A DNA stretch of 64,000 nt from Eledone cirrhosa (GCA_964016885.1 OZ024740.1:273482001-273546000), one strand, 5' to 3'. Positions 12,510 through 28,094 are shown, counted from the stretch's first letter. The notes: generated by a model from the letters alone, not told the origin. A program made the numbers and translations.

Positions 12510-13662
12510 CTAGCAGCAGTACCCAGCGTTGCTTGCGTAGGTAAAATAATATCTGCTTTGATGAAAAGGTGATGATCTTAGCGACTGCTTCTCGATGACT
12601 CCTCTATGGCCACACACAGGCCATGCGGGGGAGGGTGGTGATGACCTCTGTCACTGAGAAACGCGGGTGACTGACGAAGAGGCATGCTGGGGGTAATGAC
12701 CTCTAACACTAAGCCAAATTTCCTCACGCTACTTGATTGGAAACCGATGAATACTTAAATACAGAACTAAAAGCTCAGACGACGTCAGTGGCCATCGTTT
12801 TGCCTTTGACCATCTATAAGATGTGCAATGATAGGTTCTATCATAGTATAAAAGTTTGAACCAAATAAATTGATTTATGTGTGAGGTGGAGCCGAAGTTT
12901 AGAATTTGAACGAAATCAGTTGAAAAATGTGGGATCTAATGATAGTTCGCCGTCCCTGAACAAAATATGCAAAGTGTAAAGCTACTATAAGATGTGCAAT
13001 GATAGGTTCTATCGTAGTATAAAAGTTGAACCAAATAAATTGATTTATGTGTGAGCTGGAGCCGTAGTTTCGAATTTGAACGAAATCGGTTGAAAAATGT
13101 GGGAGCTAGAGCCGAAAAGGTGGTATTTTCGAATATTTAAGCGGCTGCCATGCCGTTCCTGAACGAAAAATCCAAAATGTCAAGACACTTTCAGACGTGA
13201 AATAATCAGATCTAACTTAGTGTAAAATCTGAACAAAGTAGGTTGATTAATATGGGAGTTAGAGCCGAAAAAGTGGAAATTTGAGACCAAAAGTGGTATT
13301 TTTGAATATTTAAGCGACTTCCACGCCGTCCCTGAACAACAAATGCAAAATATAAAGCCATTATAGGATGTGCAATGATGAATTCTATTTTGCTTTAAAA
13401 TTTGAACAAAATCGGTGGCAAAATGTGGGAGCTAGAGCCAAAAATCATATTTTCGATACCTAAAAACAGGTGACGTCCCATATCGATTTTTATCTGCAGG
13501 ATGACCTCTGAATAAAAAGAACGATACGTTGATATATAGAAAACACTCCCCGATGACTAATCTATGAGCCTGTAAAGTTTCATGAAAATCGGTCGTAAGA
13601 TGTAGGCTCCTATAGGTAATACACAGACACACACACACACATACTTAATTTTATATATATAC
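12510..13662 (-). mobile_element. Non-autonomous Helitron with internal ~170-bp tandem repeats
   Basis: a|ctagcagcagtacccagcgttgcttgcg = 3' CTAG plus decayed hairpin on minus; other end acacacacatacttaattttatatatat resembles the 5' end of 1902; repeats ctataagatgtgcaatgataggttctatc at 12814 and 12985, diverged units to ~13440. Confidence 0.7.
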
Positions 13663-13715
<53 letters not shown>

Positions 13716-13741
13716 AACATACATGTATTTTTATATATACA

Positions 13742-13770
<29 letters not shown>

Positions 13771-13776
<6 letters not shown>

Positions 13777-13970
13777 GTAATCAGAGTTTTTCGAATATTA
13801 ATAACATTCGATTCGTTTGAAATGCCAACACAAGAGCAAGAATGAAGGGTTCATTCTACTGACATGGCTTGTTTGTTAATTGCAAACGAATCGAATGTTA
13901 TTATTAATATTCGAAAAACTCGGATCACATTTATTGTATTCAGCCATGTAGAGCGAACATTTTCTTTTAT
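13771..13970. repeat. Short fold-back element in (TA)n (arms ~13771-13820 / 13883-13934, unpaired tail to ~13970)
   Basis: ataaatgtaatcagagtttttcgaatattaataacattcgattcgtttg vs caaacgaatcgaatgttattattaatattcgaaaaactcggatcacatttat. Confidence 0.8.
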
Positions 13971-14131
13971 ACATATATATATATATATATATTCATTTAA
14001 ATAACAGATTAAAGTTTAAACAAAGAATCGCTGCTTTCACCCTTAACGTATCACCCTTAATATATTTGATATATATCCTTATCGAGCGCTCTTTGGATTT
14101 TAGTCTTCAAATTTATTATTATTACTATATA

Positions 14132-14173
<42 letters not shown>

Positions 14174-14334
14174 GTATTAAGGATACTATTTATGGTTATG
14201 TATGTAATAAAACCTTTTATGGTAATATATTTTTTATACAAACCTTAAATAGTGAAAGATAGTCATTAATTACTATCTTATTACCAGTAAGATAAATAGC
14301 TCAATGTAATAACATCGGTTGTTTTACAGAGCAG

Positions 14335-14392
<58 letters not shown>

Positions 14393-14987
14393 GTATACAT
14401 AAATGTATAGAAAGTGAGATATGCCATTGGAACTGTCCGCGGAAAGGTCAGTGAGCAGTAGAGCACTGAAAAGTATAAATACTCAGAATCAGTATCAATT
14501 TATAACTGGAGATATAGTTGGAATTTATAACTGATGATTAGAAAATAAAATAAAATCTGTGAAGTTTACGTTGACTTTGGCGGTACTTGAAATCGGATCT
14601 TCGGAGATTAAAATTGATATACTAGAATATATTTTTGTTCTGTCCATTTCCACCACTCTGGATTAAATTCAAATTGAGAGAACTAATAAAATATAAAAAT
14701 ACGGAATAAACAAAATGCAAATAAATGTAAGAATCTTATTTTAGAAAATTATTTTTGATGAATATTATCATGTTATTATTTGTTGTTTTAAATAAAATAT
14801 TTACTTTATTTATTTCCTGAAAAATACCCAACAGAAATACAAAAAAATCGCCTAACTATAGAACAAACATAAAATATTTCAAAGTATTTTACTTCAATAT
14901 TTCACTGATAATATACATAAACCACACACACACCTTCATATATATACACATATAAATGTGTTTGTGAGTGCACATAAAAACACATAA

Positions 14988-15034
<47 letters not shown>

Positions 15035-15072
15035 TACATATATAAATATATATACAGTATATATGTATATAC

Positions 15073-15143
<71 letters not shown>

Positions 15144-15195
15144 TATATTTGTTAATATATATGCATACACAATGTCTCTCATATATGCATATATT

Positions 15196-15237
<42 letters not shown>

Positions 15238-15289
15238 AATATATGCATATATGAGAGACATTGTGTATGCATATATATTAACAAATATA
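15144..15289. repeat. Perfect palindrome centred on (TA)n
   Basis: atatttgttaatatatatgcatacacaatgtctctcatatatgcatatatttatg-(TA)n-exact reverse complement. Confidence 0.9.
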
Positions 15290-16244
15290 CATGTGAAAAC
15301 AAGCGCACATCAACTCACCAACATTCTTAGAAAGTTATTTTTAATTAAATATTTGTTGTGTGCTGAGTGGGTAAGTAAGACCAAGCGTACCGAAATGATG
15401 AATAACAAACAATAGAAAGAAAAAGTAACAACTTAAATAAGATGAAAGATGAAAATGAGAAAACACTAAAGTAGATAAAATGAATATGATGATAAAGAAG
15501 AAGAAGAAGAAGAAGAAGAAGAAGAAGAAGAAGAAGAAGAAAAAGAAGAAGAAGAGCAACAACTGCAATAAACAGCAATAATCAGATGCTGCTAGTGTAT
15601 TACAACAGACTTACTTAACTTCTTGTTACGTGGTTAATCTGGTTCTGTTTCTGGTTCTGGTTAGGGAGGGGGTAGTTTTAATAGGATAGATAAGACTTTG
15701 ATTTCGAAATAGTGCTAATCCATCGTCTTTATTATATATATTTTCTCTATATTAAGACGAATCTGCAATCTATAAGGGAGATTTAGTAGACATAAGTAGA
15801 AAACTAAATTTGGTATAGAATCTTAGATGTTGAATTGAACCAATTAATGCTACATCCATGCTATCCTATAATACAGCAAAATCCTTAAATTCAGTTTAAT
15901 ACTTTATATATATTGATGCTGTTTTCGCTTTTGTTTCTCTTAATGAATTTCCCCTTTGTGTAAGTATAGAACAAAAACCGATGCTTTTGATGTTGCTTAA
16001 CACCAGCTCTACTTGGATGGAATAAATAGGTATGTTATTAAAGGTAATCTAGTTAGGGCTAATACATTTTTACGGTTATGTAGGGACATATGAGTATAAT
16101 GTGTACTTTCCAGTTTATAACAATGGGTTGGGATTTGATTGAAATTTGGCTGTTGTTTCTGGGCAATGGTACCTCCATGTAAAGGCTTTAAGCATGAGCC
16201 CTTATCAACACAGAACAATATGTAAAGATAACGAGACCCTTTAT

Positions 16245-16505
16245 CAAGGGCTTTGTTTCAGGAGGTACAAGGGGACAAGCCCATACCCCCACCCCCCAAC
16301 ACACTTTTTGAAACGTCTATATTTTATTTTTGGTTTATTTGATATAATAAATTATTTTTAAGCTTATTGTTTTTTATATCTGAGCTTCATTTGAATATAT
16401 ACAATTTACTCATGTGATAGGGTCTGGGAAAGGCACCATGAATCAACATGAATCAACAAATGTTGGTTTGTCCCCCTCACATTTTTAAGGCAAACGAGGC
16501 CCCTG
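16245..16505. mobile_element. Possible hAT-type MITE
   Basis: Imperfect TIR caagggctttgttt / aaacgaggcccctg; flanks ccctttat / cattttat (6/8, candidate 8-bp TSD); subterminal ggggacaa / ttgtcccc. Confidence 0.4.
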
Positions 16506-16715
16506 CATTTTATTATAACCCTATATGGTAAGGGATTATGTGTATATTTTTTTAATCTTTATAAAGTTGGTAGATAGAGGGCCAACCAACCATTATGCAA
16601 TTTAGCCTCTGTGATATATATTCGAATTCAACTTAGAATAGAAAATTCAACAGTTCAAAATTCATGAAATAAATGGCAGCTAGATGTTGAGAATAACTCA
16701 ACTGATTATGAATAT

Positions 16716-16960
16716 AAGTGAATGTGCGTCGTAGCTTAGGGGTTAAATAGTTGGATTTATAATCGTGAAGTTGTGAGCCCGATTCCATGGCTGGTCGATG
16801 AGTTAAATTATTGAGCAAGACACTTTACTACACGTCGCTCCTTCCGCTAGGAATTGCTGCCTGTAGATAGTAACAAAAATTGGAAGGACCAGTGGAAACC
16901 TTGTTTCCATAGTCCAATCTGAAGAGTTCCACGTCATTCAATAAGCGAATGGGGTCTGGG
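16716..16960 (+). mobile_element. tRNA-derived SINE, family B (decayed)
   Basis: tagcttaggggttaa..ttgagcaagacacttta..aattggaaggaccagtggaaac; aligns with 24750 and 37349. Confidence 0.65.
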
Positions 16961-17336
16961 ATCTTGAAAATCTTTGGGAATAAATACCAGCGGTTTCCAC
17001 CCTATCAATTGCAATATACTTCTAAAAGAGTTGTGTAGACTATTTCATACATTCGAAATATCTCGTGACCCGTAGGCACAAGGAATGTAATACACAATTT
17101 ATAACAAACAAAATGTTAAGTGCATGGCAATATATTATGAAAAAAGAGTTTTCGTCCACTACATGCCACATTGGACAAATGTCTTCTGCTGTAGCCTGCC
17201 TCAGAATGACCAATACTTTCTGTGTAGTATTCGGTCTACGGAAAATGATTGGAAGCCTGTCTTATACATACACATAAATACATAATACATACGCAGGCAG
17301 ATTCACATACACGCACTATCCATACATACATAAATC

Positions 17337-17405
<69 letters not shown>

Positions 17406-17410
17406 AATAT

Positions 17411-17484
17411 TTCATTTGATGAGCGTACTTCTTACGTACGTTTCTGTTAGGATTGTCTAGTTTCGCGAAACCTTTGTTAATGGA
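17411..17484 (+). ncRNA. Degenerate hammerhead motif in a ~120-bp TA-embedded insert
   Basis: ttcatt TGATGA gcg...cgc GAAA cctttg TT aatgga; stems I and II pair, core C3 missing. Confidence 0.45.
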
Positions 17485-17518
17485 ATAATTATATTGTGCT
17501 GTTTATTATGTAATTAAA

Positions 17519-17572
<54 letters not shown>

Positions 17573-17609
17573 ATACTTTGGGAGGGTCATGTTGCTAAAT
17601 TCAGAAACG

Positions 17610-17647
<38 letters not shown>

Positions 17648-17763
17648 TCTGAGGAGCAATTTCTTAATTACTTTATCATTGAGTGCTTCGTGACAGTCTT
17701 AGAAATTCAATCGGTTGAGAATCTGCTACTTGAAGATACAATTTCGTTTCTATTCATTACTAT

Positions 17764-17802
<39 letters not shown>

Positions 17803-20800
17803 GTATATGTATATATATATATATGCACTATGATTAAGGTAACTATTTCAGAATGAACTCAGAGGGAAAGTATCAGGAATCCTATACGATTTCACCGTGT
17901 CAGTTAAAAGACGTGGGACTCCAACAAATTTGTCTGATTAGTTTAATCTAGTCTGTTTACAGCTCACAGAGCTGTCTCATATATATTTGTTCCCTTTCAG
18001 TCACTACCGAAATAATCTGATTTGCATAGTAAATTATTGCTGGCAGCAAGTTCACTCATTTACTTCATCATTTGTATATTAATTATTATGTTGCATACTG
18101 TAATTTTTATATAGATTAAAACTACAATAGTAGTGGAAATTACTGTAGATCCCATGTGCGAAGCTGGATATACTGATAAACGGCTAAGCAAATTCTTCTC
18201 TTCATGGGTATATATAGGACAATATATAGACAATTATATTGATTCAAGTAATTTTTATTATACCTTTTATAAATTCGTGGGTTTATACTAATGAAGGAGG
18301 TATCGAAATATATAGATGAAACCATATATACTAGGCAACGCAACAATGTATTAAATATTTCACTGATTCCATGTAGGTAACTTGCATTAAGCCTCCAAAA
18401 AGTAATAAATAACGTGTAAGTTTAAGCATATATGCTGAAAGTAATATTCCTTTATTCCCAGGAGTGATTGTTGAATTCATATTATCAAGTGATTGGTGAG
18501 TTCAGTTCAGTCAGGTACCGGAAAGCAATGGATCTAAATCTGTGTTTCCTCTCCAAATATGTTCGTCCTTCTGCGCTAAGTTAGAAATAAATAAGAGTAT
18601 AGATAGTTTATAACTGTAATTAATTATGTCCGGTTGTTTGAGATTAACCACAGGACAGTAAGTTCGGAGTCATCCTGGTTTTGTTAAATGTCGTTTCCCT
18701 ATAAAATTAATGAGAGATATAAACCCTTACTGTAAAATAAAATATCGAAAATTACATCATAACCATATAAACACAACACACTAACTTGCGACACGTACGC
18801 AAGATCACCGAGCAGCAAACTAATATGAATCCCATTGAATTCAAAACTAACCACTTTCTAAACTAGAGGTGTTTCAGATAATTTATTTGACAATCTAATG
18901 AAACAAAAATACAGGATTTTATGCAGAAAGAAACCTTCGTGGCAAGAGAGATAGGCTTATGTTTTTCTTGAAATACACGAAATTGCCTAACATACAGGTA
19001 GCGGCCATTCCTACTAAGATTTTATCCGGGTTGATAGACCTGACGTAGGTTTTAATTAGGAAATATGTTACCAATCCTTGAAGCATAATGGTACAACATA
19101 TTAAATAATGTGACTATATGAATTCTACATTAAAGTGATCCGCTCTTCTTTATGTTGCATTCATGCGCGCATGGTCCCATAACTCCTTATAGAGTCGTAG
19201 GGTCACCGTAGTAACATACGGCGTTTCTAGGGCATATTTCTAAATTTGGAGGAGCCCATCTCCTTTCAAGGTCTGAATAAAGCAGATTTATTTCCTACAA
19301 GGATAGGATGAAAGAAAGGATGTGTGCAACTTTTAGCCATCGATTGTATTTAAAGGAGAACACTCTATTCCAAATACTTGGGTCAGATCTTCAATTTGAA
19401 TATACGTCCTTCATTCCTTTCATATTTCGGAGTATCTAAAACAATGTAATTTGCGCTGTGGTTTAACTCATTATTAATCCATAAATATATTCATATTTGG
19501 TATGTCACAAGAATAAAATTCTTCTATTTATTAGTAATACATTAAAATATAAATGAAAAAAACAAATTGAATAATAAATGAATGCAATGCTTTCTTTATT
19601 ATGGCTGGTAAAACAGAAATACAGAAAATAAGTTTCATATTCGATAATTAAGTCGTTTAGTATTTTGACTCACCAATTTTTCAGGGACTCTAACATATTT
19701 GGCATGTGAAAGAGGAGCCCTTCCCCAGAATATATTTTGAGGAAACATTAAATTTGTCTGCATTCAGCCTATCTCAAGTTAAAACTCCTCATATGTTTTA
19801 TTTAGTATATGAATTGTCTCCAAAGAAAATCACAATTGACTTCATCAACTTCCAATGATTTTAACTTTAGAATAAAACATGTGAAGAGGAAAGAGGATAC
19901 TTATTTTAATTGTTGTTTTTGTTGAATAGCTTCTGTAAACACTACCCTAATAGGCACATTGATCAATAACTACTGATCAAATGTTGCCACATGCCCATCA
20001 TTATCTGATACGCAATAAGCAAGTACAAGTTGTTCAGCATAATGGCCTAGATATAAATTTGCTCAGTGTTCTAGTAGGTGGTATTCTATTGTTTCTAGTG
20101 AATACCGTATTATTGTAGTGAATACTGTATCTCTATAGTGGATGTATTTCCTAGCATTCTAATGAATATCCCAATTTTATAGAAGATAACTCATTTAAAG
20201 AGGATGTGTTATATTTATATTGTGTGTATTTCTCTAATTTATCGTGTATATTTTATCTTTATAATAAATTTCATATCTTTATAGACGATATTCTAAATAA
20301 CTTTATCATTACTAATACAGTTAAATAACTGTCTATTTTGTTTGAATATTCATGAATTAAAGCTTATAGCCTGCATTTTATACTTAGTACAAATATTTCT
20401 GTTATAAAAATATTTAGATCCTACATTGAGCTGATTAAGTGATAATATAAATGTGCCAGTTCATTGGACGATTTCTATTATAGATGTTGGTGATGAAATA
20501 GTTGTTTTTATTTATCCACATAACAGCAAGTATGAATAATGTTGACCACTCTGGATTTTTTAAATGAAACAAGGTATGGAAAACTACATTTTAAAGGTGA
20601 TGGTATGTGATTTTAGGGACATTTGTATCTCTTGCAGACAGAGCATACTAGTAGCAGCCTTTACTGTGATGTGTTGTTGTGGGCGGTAATAACTGTGGTT
20701 GGGGCGGTGAATAGATCCGATTATTTTATCTTACGTATGGAAGTAGACAGATAGCTAGATGTTTAACGCTTGTACTCCGTATAAGCAACATTTAATTGTG

Positions 20801-22074
20801 CTCGGAAGAGTGGGTACTGTACGATTTGCCATGTAAACTGGCAACCTGGGCAATGCCTATTTTGTTATTGAAAATTTGAAGAGTCTAGCTGTGGCTGCAA
20901 ATTGAAAGACACATACTAGGTGGATTAACTAAAGTTGTAACAATCAAATACAAACCCTTCCTCATTAGCAAATAGGGCGACCTTGTGTCTCGCTTTTAGT
21001 AAAACAAAATCAATAATACATATGTGTTACAAAGGGCAAATGTAGGACACACTATCTATCTTTGTCAGAATAATATATGACTATCTGTTTAATTTCAGAA
21101 TGAAACCTGCAACATTTATAACAATGTATAAGAATTCATTTAGTGTGCCAAAGAGAAAAAGTTTGTCTTAAAATCTGCAATTTGGATGACATCCAAACAA
21201 TGCTGTTCTCAGTACTGGAATTCTGCCTAGACTTTTGACATAATGACCTTGATATGAATGCAATGTTTTTCCAGGGTTTACCTAGTATGTGAGTTAAGGA
21301 AAATATATTTTCAGGAATCGGTCATGACCTATATGAGAAAAATATTTGATTTATGACCTACTGACCTTCAATATAATGTCTTAAGCCTGTTGTGGTTTTT
21401 ACAACAAGAATTTCATTTAATTCATCTCACACGCAACCATTTCCGTGCGGTACTAATGTCTGGATAAGTTAAAAGCTAAGTAATGTGTTTGACACTTAGA
21501 CAAACGAAAGTGGCAGAGTAGATAATATGATTGTTTTTGTACATTTTTCTGGTTTTGTTTTCATATAACTGATTAAGCTATTATAAATACATCAAGAAAA
21601 GTGAGAAGAGGTGGGGGGATGACAATAAAGGGTAGTGGGATGCAGTTTTATATCTCTATTGAAACGCAGAGTCTGTTCATCCAATACATGGATAAACATA
21701 GGATAGGGACATTATCACTGTGGAAATGTAATCCTTAATTTGAATTCGATTGCGCCAAACAGCAGTTAAATTTCTTCTAATTACAAACTAACATCTTACA
21801 AAAAGAAAGAAGACGTTGAATAGTATACAGGATAGTTACACTTTGATTAAAAATAGGCCTGATCGATAAGCTCAAATCTTGGCCTAAACTACATCATCAT
21901 CATTATATTTTATCAGCATCACTCTTATATAGACTATAGAATTAGTAATATTGGTTTTTAATTTAGGCACAAGCCCAGTTATTTTGGGTTGGGGGATTAA
22001 GGCAGTTATACCAATATTCATCATCGATATTATCATCATTATTGGAGTTATTAGCATGATCGTCATTCTGATTG

Positions 22075-22124
<50 letters not shown>

Positions 22125-23159
22125 GTCGTCGTCTTCACCATCAATTTCAGTTTTTATAGATGAATAATTTTATCTCAGTTCTAGATAAATTCTTCGAACT
22201 TTGAAGGATAAAAAAATAAATCAAGAGGTTCAATGCAAGTTTCAATAGGTTTTACCATAAGTCTGCTCGATTAAGGATGATCTGTTGCGATACAACAACC
22301 ACCACAATAACATATCTTTCACAACAACCGTCATCTCATTTCAGATTATAGTGTCGTCTGTGCTTCAGCCATATCTATTTTAATGATGCCTTGGTAGATG
22401 TTGAAAATGTATTTTTTCGCAGGTAAAGGATCGATCCTCAGGTGTCAGACTCCTGTTTTCTGCACAACATATGAACTTATTCATTTTCAGGGATTTCACA
22501 GTATACATTTGCCGACGCAAACCACAACGAGTTTTCTCAATTATCTTAATTTTTCCTGACTAGATAATATTTGAAACTATAATCTGTATTTTAATATAGA
22601 TAGCACATAAGGAATATATGAGAACTACTATGGAATCCATCACCAGCGCAGCCATTACTGTGAACACCAACAAAAAAAGCAACAAGGGCAACAAGACAAC
22701 AAGCGACATTTTATGGGGTAGATAACCATGCTAGAAATAGCAATCGGTTTTATACAACATCGAAAATAAGGACCTATGTATGAAATAGTGTAGTCCCGAA
22801 TACCCTTATAAAGGCGAGATGGTCACAGTTACAATGACTTTCGTTATAGGACTGCTCCAACGGGGATGAGCTTGAAGGTAAATAACAATAACATCAACAA
22901 CAATAGCAGCAGCAGCATTAACAACAACAGCAGCATTAACAACAGCAGCAACAGTAACAACAGCAGCAGCAGAAGCAGCTGCATTAAGTTTCTTCTTTTA
23001 TTTCTTCTATTTTTTAAAAGTAATTATTCATTGTTTTTACATTTTTTCTTATAAATATCTTCAACCACTTATCATGTTTGAATCACTGTCAAGACTTCTA
23101 GCGAGTGTTGAATCGAAGGAATGCCAGCATTGGAAATACTCATGGAGAATTGCCAACAC

Positions 23160-23467
23160 CGGTGGTGGTGGTGTTGGTGGTGGTGGTGCTGATGGTGGTG
23201 GTGGTGGTGTTGGTCATAGTGGTGGTGGTGGTGCTGATGATGGTGGTGGTGGAGGTGGTGGTGTTGGTGATAGTGGTGGTGGTGGTGGTGGTGGTGGTGC
23301 TGCTGATGGTGGTGGTGGTGGTGGTGGAGGTGGTGGTGTTGGTGATAGTGGTGGTGGTGGTGGTGGTGGTGCTGCTGCTGATGGTGGTGGTGGTGTTGGT
23401 GATAGTGGTGGTGGTGTTGGTGTTGGTGATGGTGGTGATGATTATGACGATGGAAATCAAGAAGATA

Positions 23468-23499
<32 letters not shown>

Positions 23500-23748
23500 A
23501 ATCATCATCATGAAAATGATGATGATGATGATTATAATTATCCTCATGGAAAACAAGAGGATAATGATGATGATGATGATGATGGTGATGGTTATGATGA
23601 TGATGATAATCATCATCATCATTATAATCATTATAATCACTATTATGATTGTGGTCATGGTGCATAAGATGAATACAATCATAACAGTAATAAGAAGAGT
23701 AATACGAATTAATGATGATGATGATGATGGTGATGGTGATGGTGGCGG

Positions 23749-23783
<35 letters not shown>

Positions 23784-23787
23784 GCGG

Positions 23788-23835
<48 letters not shown>

Positions 23836-23842
23836 CGATGAC

Positions 23843-23879
<37 letters not shown>

Positions 23880-24320
23880 TTGATGATGACGGTGATGATC
23901 CTGATGATGATGATGACGGTGATGATGATGATGACCATCATTATCATGACCAATCATGATCAATGATCCTGTTGCTGGGGATGAAGGTTATAATGTTGAT
24001 AACAATGATAATGACACCAAAAGAGCCGTCGTCGGCGATGACGACGATAACGTCCACATGGGCGGTGGGGGATGAAGAAGAAGAAGAAGAAGGAGAAGAA
24101 GAAGAAGAAGAAGAAGAAGAAGAAGAAGAAGAAGAAGAAGAAGAAGAAGAAGAAGAACAACAACAACAACAACAACAACAAGAAAAGGAAGAATAAATAT
24201 AGAAGAAAGAGAAGTAGAAGAAAAAGAAGAAAAAAAAAGAGAAGAAGAATAAGGAGAAAAGAAAAAGAAGGAGAAGAGGAAGTGGAAGAAGAAGAAGAAG
24301 AAGAAGAAGAATCTGAGGGA
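23160..24320. repeat. Compound trinucleotide microsatellite block (GGT)n-(GAT)n-(GAA)n/(CAA)n
   Basis: Seen directly; produces low-complexity ORFs in all frames. Confidence 0.95.
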
Positions 24321-24749
24321 TGAGGTAGTGATTTAAAATGATGTTATTGGGTTTGACCATTTATATATTCATAATTATACTTTTTAAGCATTAAATTATT
24401 GAACAGTTCCAGGTGAGATCTCTAGCTGGGATTTTTCATTTATGTTAAACAGCGAACTTTGCTGGAAAGTAATAGATATTAAGATGTCAATACACCCATG
24501 TGTTGGGCAGACCGATGATCAAAACTATTGCTTGGCTATCTTTTTTCCCAATTTTGGCATCATTCTCAAGAACCATTCTTCATCAGATCATTTCTCTGAA
24601 CCTTCTCCCCTATGTTGTACCGCTTAGTCATGGAACACATAAATGTCTTATCTTTGTTGGTGAAAATAAAATTAAATTGTATTGTTTCCTGAAATTTTCA
24701 ATTGACCCTCTTACTCAATGTCCCTGTATTTAGGGGCAAAATATGACAA

Positions 24750-24955
24750 GGCGTGTGGCTGAGTGGTTAGAGAAATGGATTCGCAATCGTGAGGTTGTGA
24801 GTTGGATTCACGGACCGGGTGATGCGTTATGTCCTTGAGCAAGACACTTTATTTCGCGTTGTTCCTTCTACCTGCAGTTGCGACCGATAGATAGTATTAG
24901 CAACTGGAAAGACCAATGGAGACATTGGCTCCTCAGTCCGATTTGACGAAAGTCA
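24750..24955 (+). mobile_element. tRNA-derived SINE, family B
   Basis: ggcgtgtggctgagtggttaga (A box), gagttggattc (B-box-like), tgtccttgagcaagacacttta central domain. Confidence 0.8.
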
Positions 24956-25768
24956 ATCGTCTGTCGATATGACAAATAAATATATAGATTAGCACCTGAA
25001 TATGTATTCTAAAATATACAGCACTTGGCAAGCTACACATTTCTTTCTTCCTTAACCAAACGGTATTGCCCTCAGCAAAGAAAGGACCGGTACTAGATAG
25101 TTTAAGGTATCTCATCCGATACTTCTAGCAATGCTATCAATCGACCACAACAGTATAAGACAATATGTTACATTATATCTAGTATTATTCTTTACTTTTC
25201 TAACTTTGCTAACATTTTTCTTACCACTGCAATGCATTGGTCCCTCATTGGCTTCAATCCTCCATAATTCTAGTAACTTGTCTCTAATGCCTCATTGTTT
25301 TCTCTTTTAAACCTTGTGAAAGCTGTTAGTGCTACTGCTACTATTACTGCTATGGTAGAATACAAAGTAAAAAATAAAGTGAAAAACATGATAAAAAAAG
25401 ACAAAAAATGTTTGAAGTTAAGTCACTTGAAAAATATATAAAAAGAAAAAATATAAGATAAAAAGACATGAATAAAGAAACAAAAATAAATGCAAACACT
25501 AAAATAAAACTTTTACAAGAGAAGCCTAACGTGAACAAGTTTGCTACTTGTATTCTAAGATAAATTAGATGATAGGCTGGGTCAAGTGTCTTTCTTTTTT
25601 CTTTCTGACTTCAGAAGTAATTGTTTTTCAAATTATTGGTGACAGATTCAGAAAGAAGTTTTAAGTTTAAAGTTTGAAAATATACACTTACTTATGTACA
25701 CACACATAGTAACAAACATACACACACACACAAACACTCATACACACACACACACACACACACGCACA

Positions 25769-25841
<73 letters not shown>

Positions 25842-27377
25842 ATATTTATATATATATATGTGTGTGTTTGTGTGTGTGTGTTAGCGTGTGTATGTGTAGC
25901 GTGTGTATGTGTAAATGGGAGTTCATTTATACGTGTATACAAACATATGTGTGCGTGTATGTATGTTTGTGTGTGCATTTTTACATGGATAAGAAAACAA
26001 TTTAAAAATAGACAATGCTAAAAAAATAAATAAATATATATATAAAATACACACACAAAAAATGCGAAACACTTATGAGACAAACCTTATATTAAGACAA
26101 CTATACTTTCTAGTTGGTTGTCTAAGGTTGACTCAAGAACATCATGGTTAAATTGTTAGCCTAACGAGAGATGTACACGAATGTGTGATGATGATGGTGT
26201 GTGGGAAAATATACGTATGTGTAAATACAATAAAACACAAAAACAAGCTAAAGTTGTAAACAAAATAAATAAGAAATAGAAATTATTGAAAGAAAATAAA
26301 AACATAAACGTAAATTAAGACCAAACAGCAAACAAACAGAATTCTCATCTGTGAAGGCACCTCAAACGAAAAAAACCTGAAAAAAATAAACGGATAAAGA
26401 AAAGAAGCAATTGCTTTAATCTTACACTGCCTGCTTACTCTATGTCTTACTATTACTCAAAGGTGCATTCCATTCTTCATAAAATTTTATATTGCGAGAC
26501 TTCTTAAAAACAACTAAAAACAGTAGTGACAAGAACAAGAAAAGCAACTACAATATCAATAAAATTTCTAATAACAAAAAGAAGAAAAGAAAGAAATGAG
26601 AATATAAATGTATAGTCTTATTATTTTTCATTATATGTACCTGTGTAGTGTATGGTCTATTCTCCGTCGGTCTCGACGGTGAGCAATCAATTGTTTGACC
26701 AACTAAATATTGATTCTACAGGCATACTCAGCTTGGAACCATGTTACAAGACTAGACCGTGGGTCTTCATGTACAATCTTTTGAGAGGAACAGAAAATTT
26801 GAAAGAAAAATCGACCTGATTAGAGGACTGGTATTTTACCAGCCTTGAAATCATAAAAAGAACACTTGATTGCAGTAGAATCTGAGGTTTAAGATGGTAA
26901 TGTAGGCAAAAGTAAATAATGTTTAAAATTGAGAAGAAAGTAGTGGTGATAATGATGATGGTAATGATAATGATGCCGATGATGATGATGCTGATGATAA
27001 TATTGACAACGACGACTATGATGACGTCTATGACGGTGAGGAAGACTATGGCGATGGAGATGTTCATGATGATAATGGTGATGATGATGATGAGGATGAT
27101 GATGAGGATGATCTTAACGAGAAGAAACATGAGGAGATGTCACTGTGATGTTTGTCATGGTGATGATGATACTGATGATGATGGAAGTTATTTATGACCC
27201 TGATGACGAGATGGAAAAAAATTAAATGTAAAACAAACAATACTATCAAACCAGCACAATTCCAAAGAGAAAGAAAAACGACTAACACAGGAGCACATGC
27301 ATGCATACATATATACATACATATAAATGCACATATACGCATACATTTCACACATGCACACACATACACACAAATAC

Positions 27378-27474
<97 letters not shown>

Positions 27475-27845
27475 TATATATATATGTGTGTGTAAGTGTA
27501 TATATATATATATAAGTGTATATATATATATATATATATTTTTTTTTTTTATATATACATCTAGCTTCACAGTAAAAAAAAAAGAAGCAACACCTATCAT
27601 GAGTTAAATAATATTAATCATGGTGTTTACGAAGATGTCAAAATACATTGGCATCTTCCTTCTTCATCATCTTTGTTGTTAGTTTTGTTGCTGTTGCTGC
27701 CTGCTGGAAACTTCAACAAAGCAATGGATATGGCAATAAGAGAGCAGTTCTGTTTGACATCCACCAATCTTCTTACTGATTTATCTATGGCAAAAAAAAA
27801 GAAAATGGTGAGAATGTACATGCATATATATATATATATACATAC

Positions 27846-27952
<107 letters not shown>

Positions 27953-28094
27953 TCATATATATGTGTGTGTTTGTATGTGTATGTATATATATATATGTTT
28001 ATATATATATATATATATACTTATCCTTATCGAGCTCTCTTTGGATTTTAGTCTTCAAATTTATTATTATTACTATATATATATATATATATAC

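Noticed and set aside
17644-17686. gcact CTGAGGA..agtgc hammerhead-like hairpin
   Set aside because: GAAA core absent; at best a dead relic.
23074-23959. Gly/Asp-rich and His-rich ORFs resembling structural or biomineral proteins
   Set aside because: They are translations of pure GGT/GAT microsatellites, open in several frames on both strands, with no codon variation or signal peptide.
27627-27800. Possible host exon (open on both strands)
   Set aside because: No recognisable domain or convincing splice pair.
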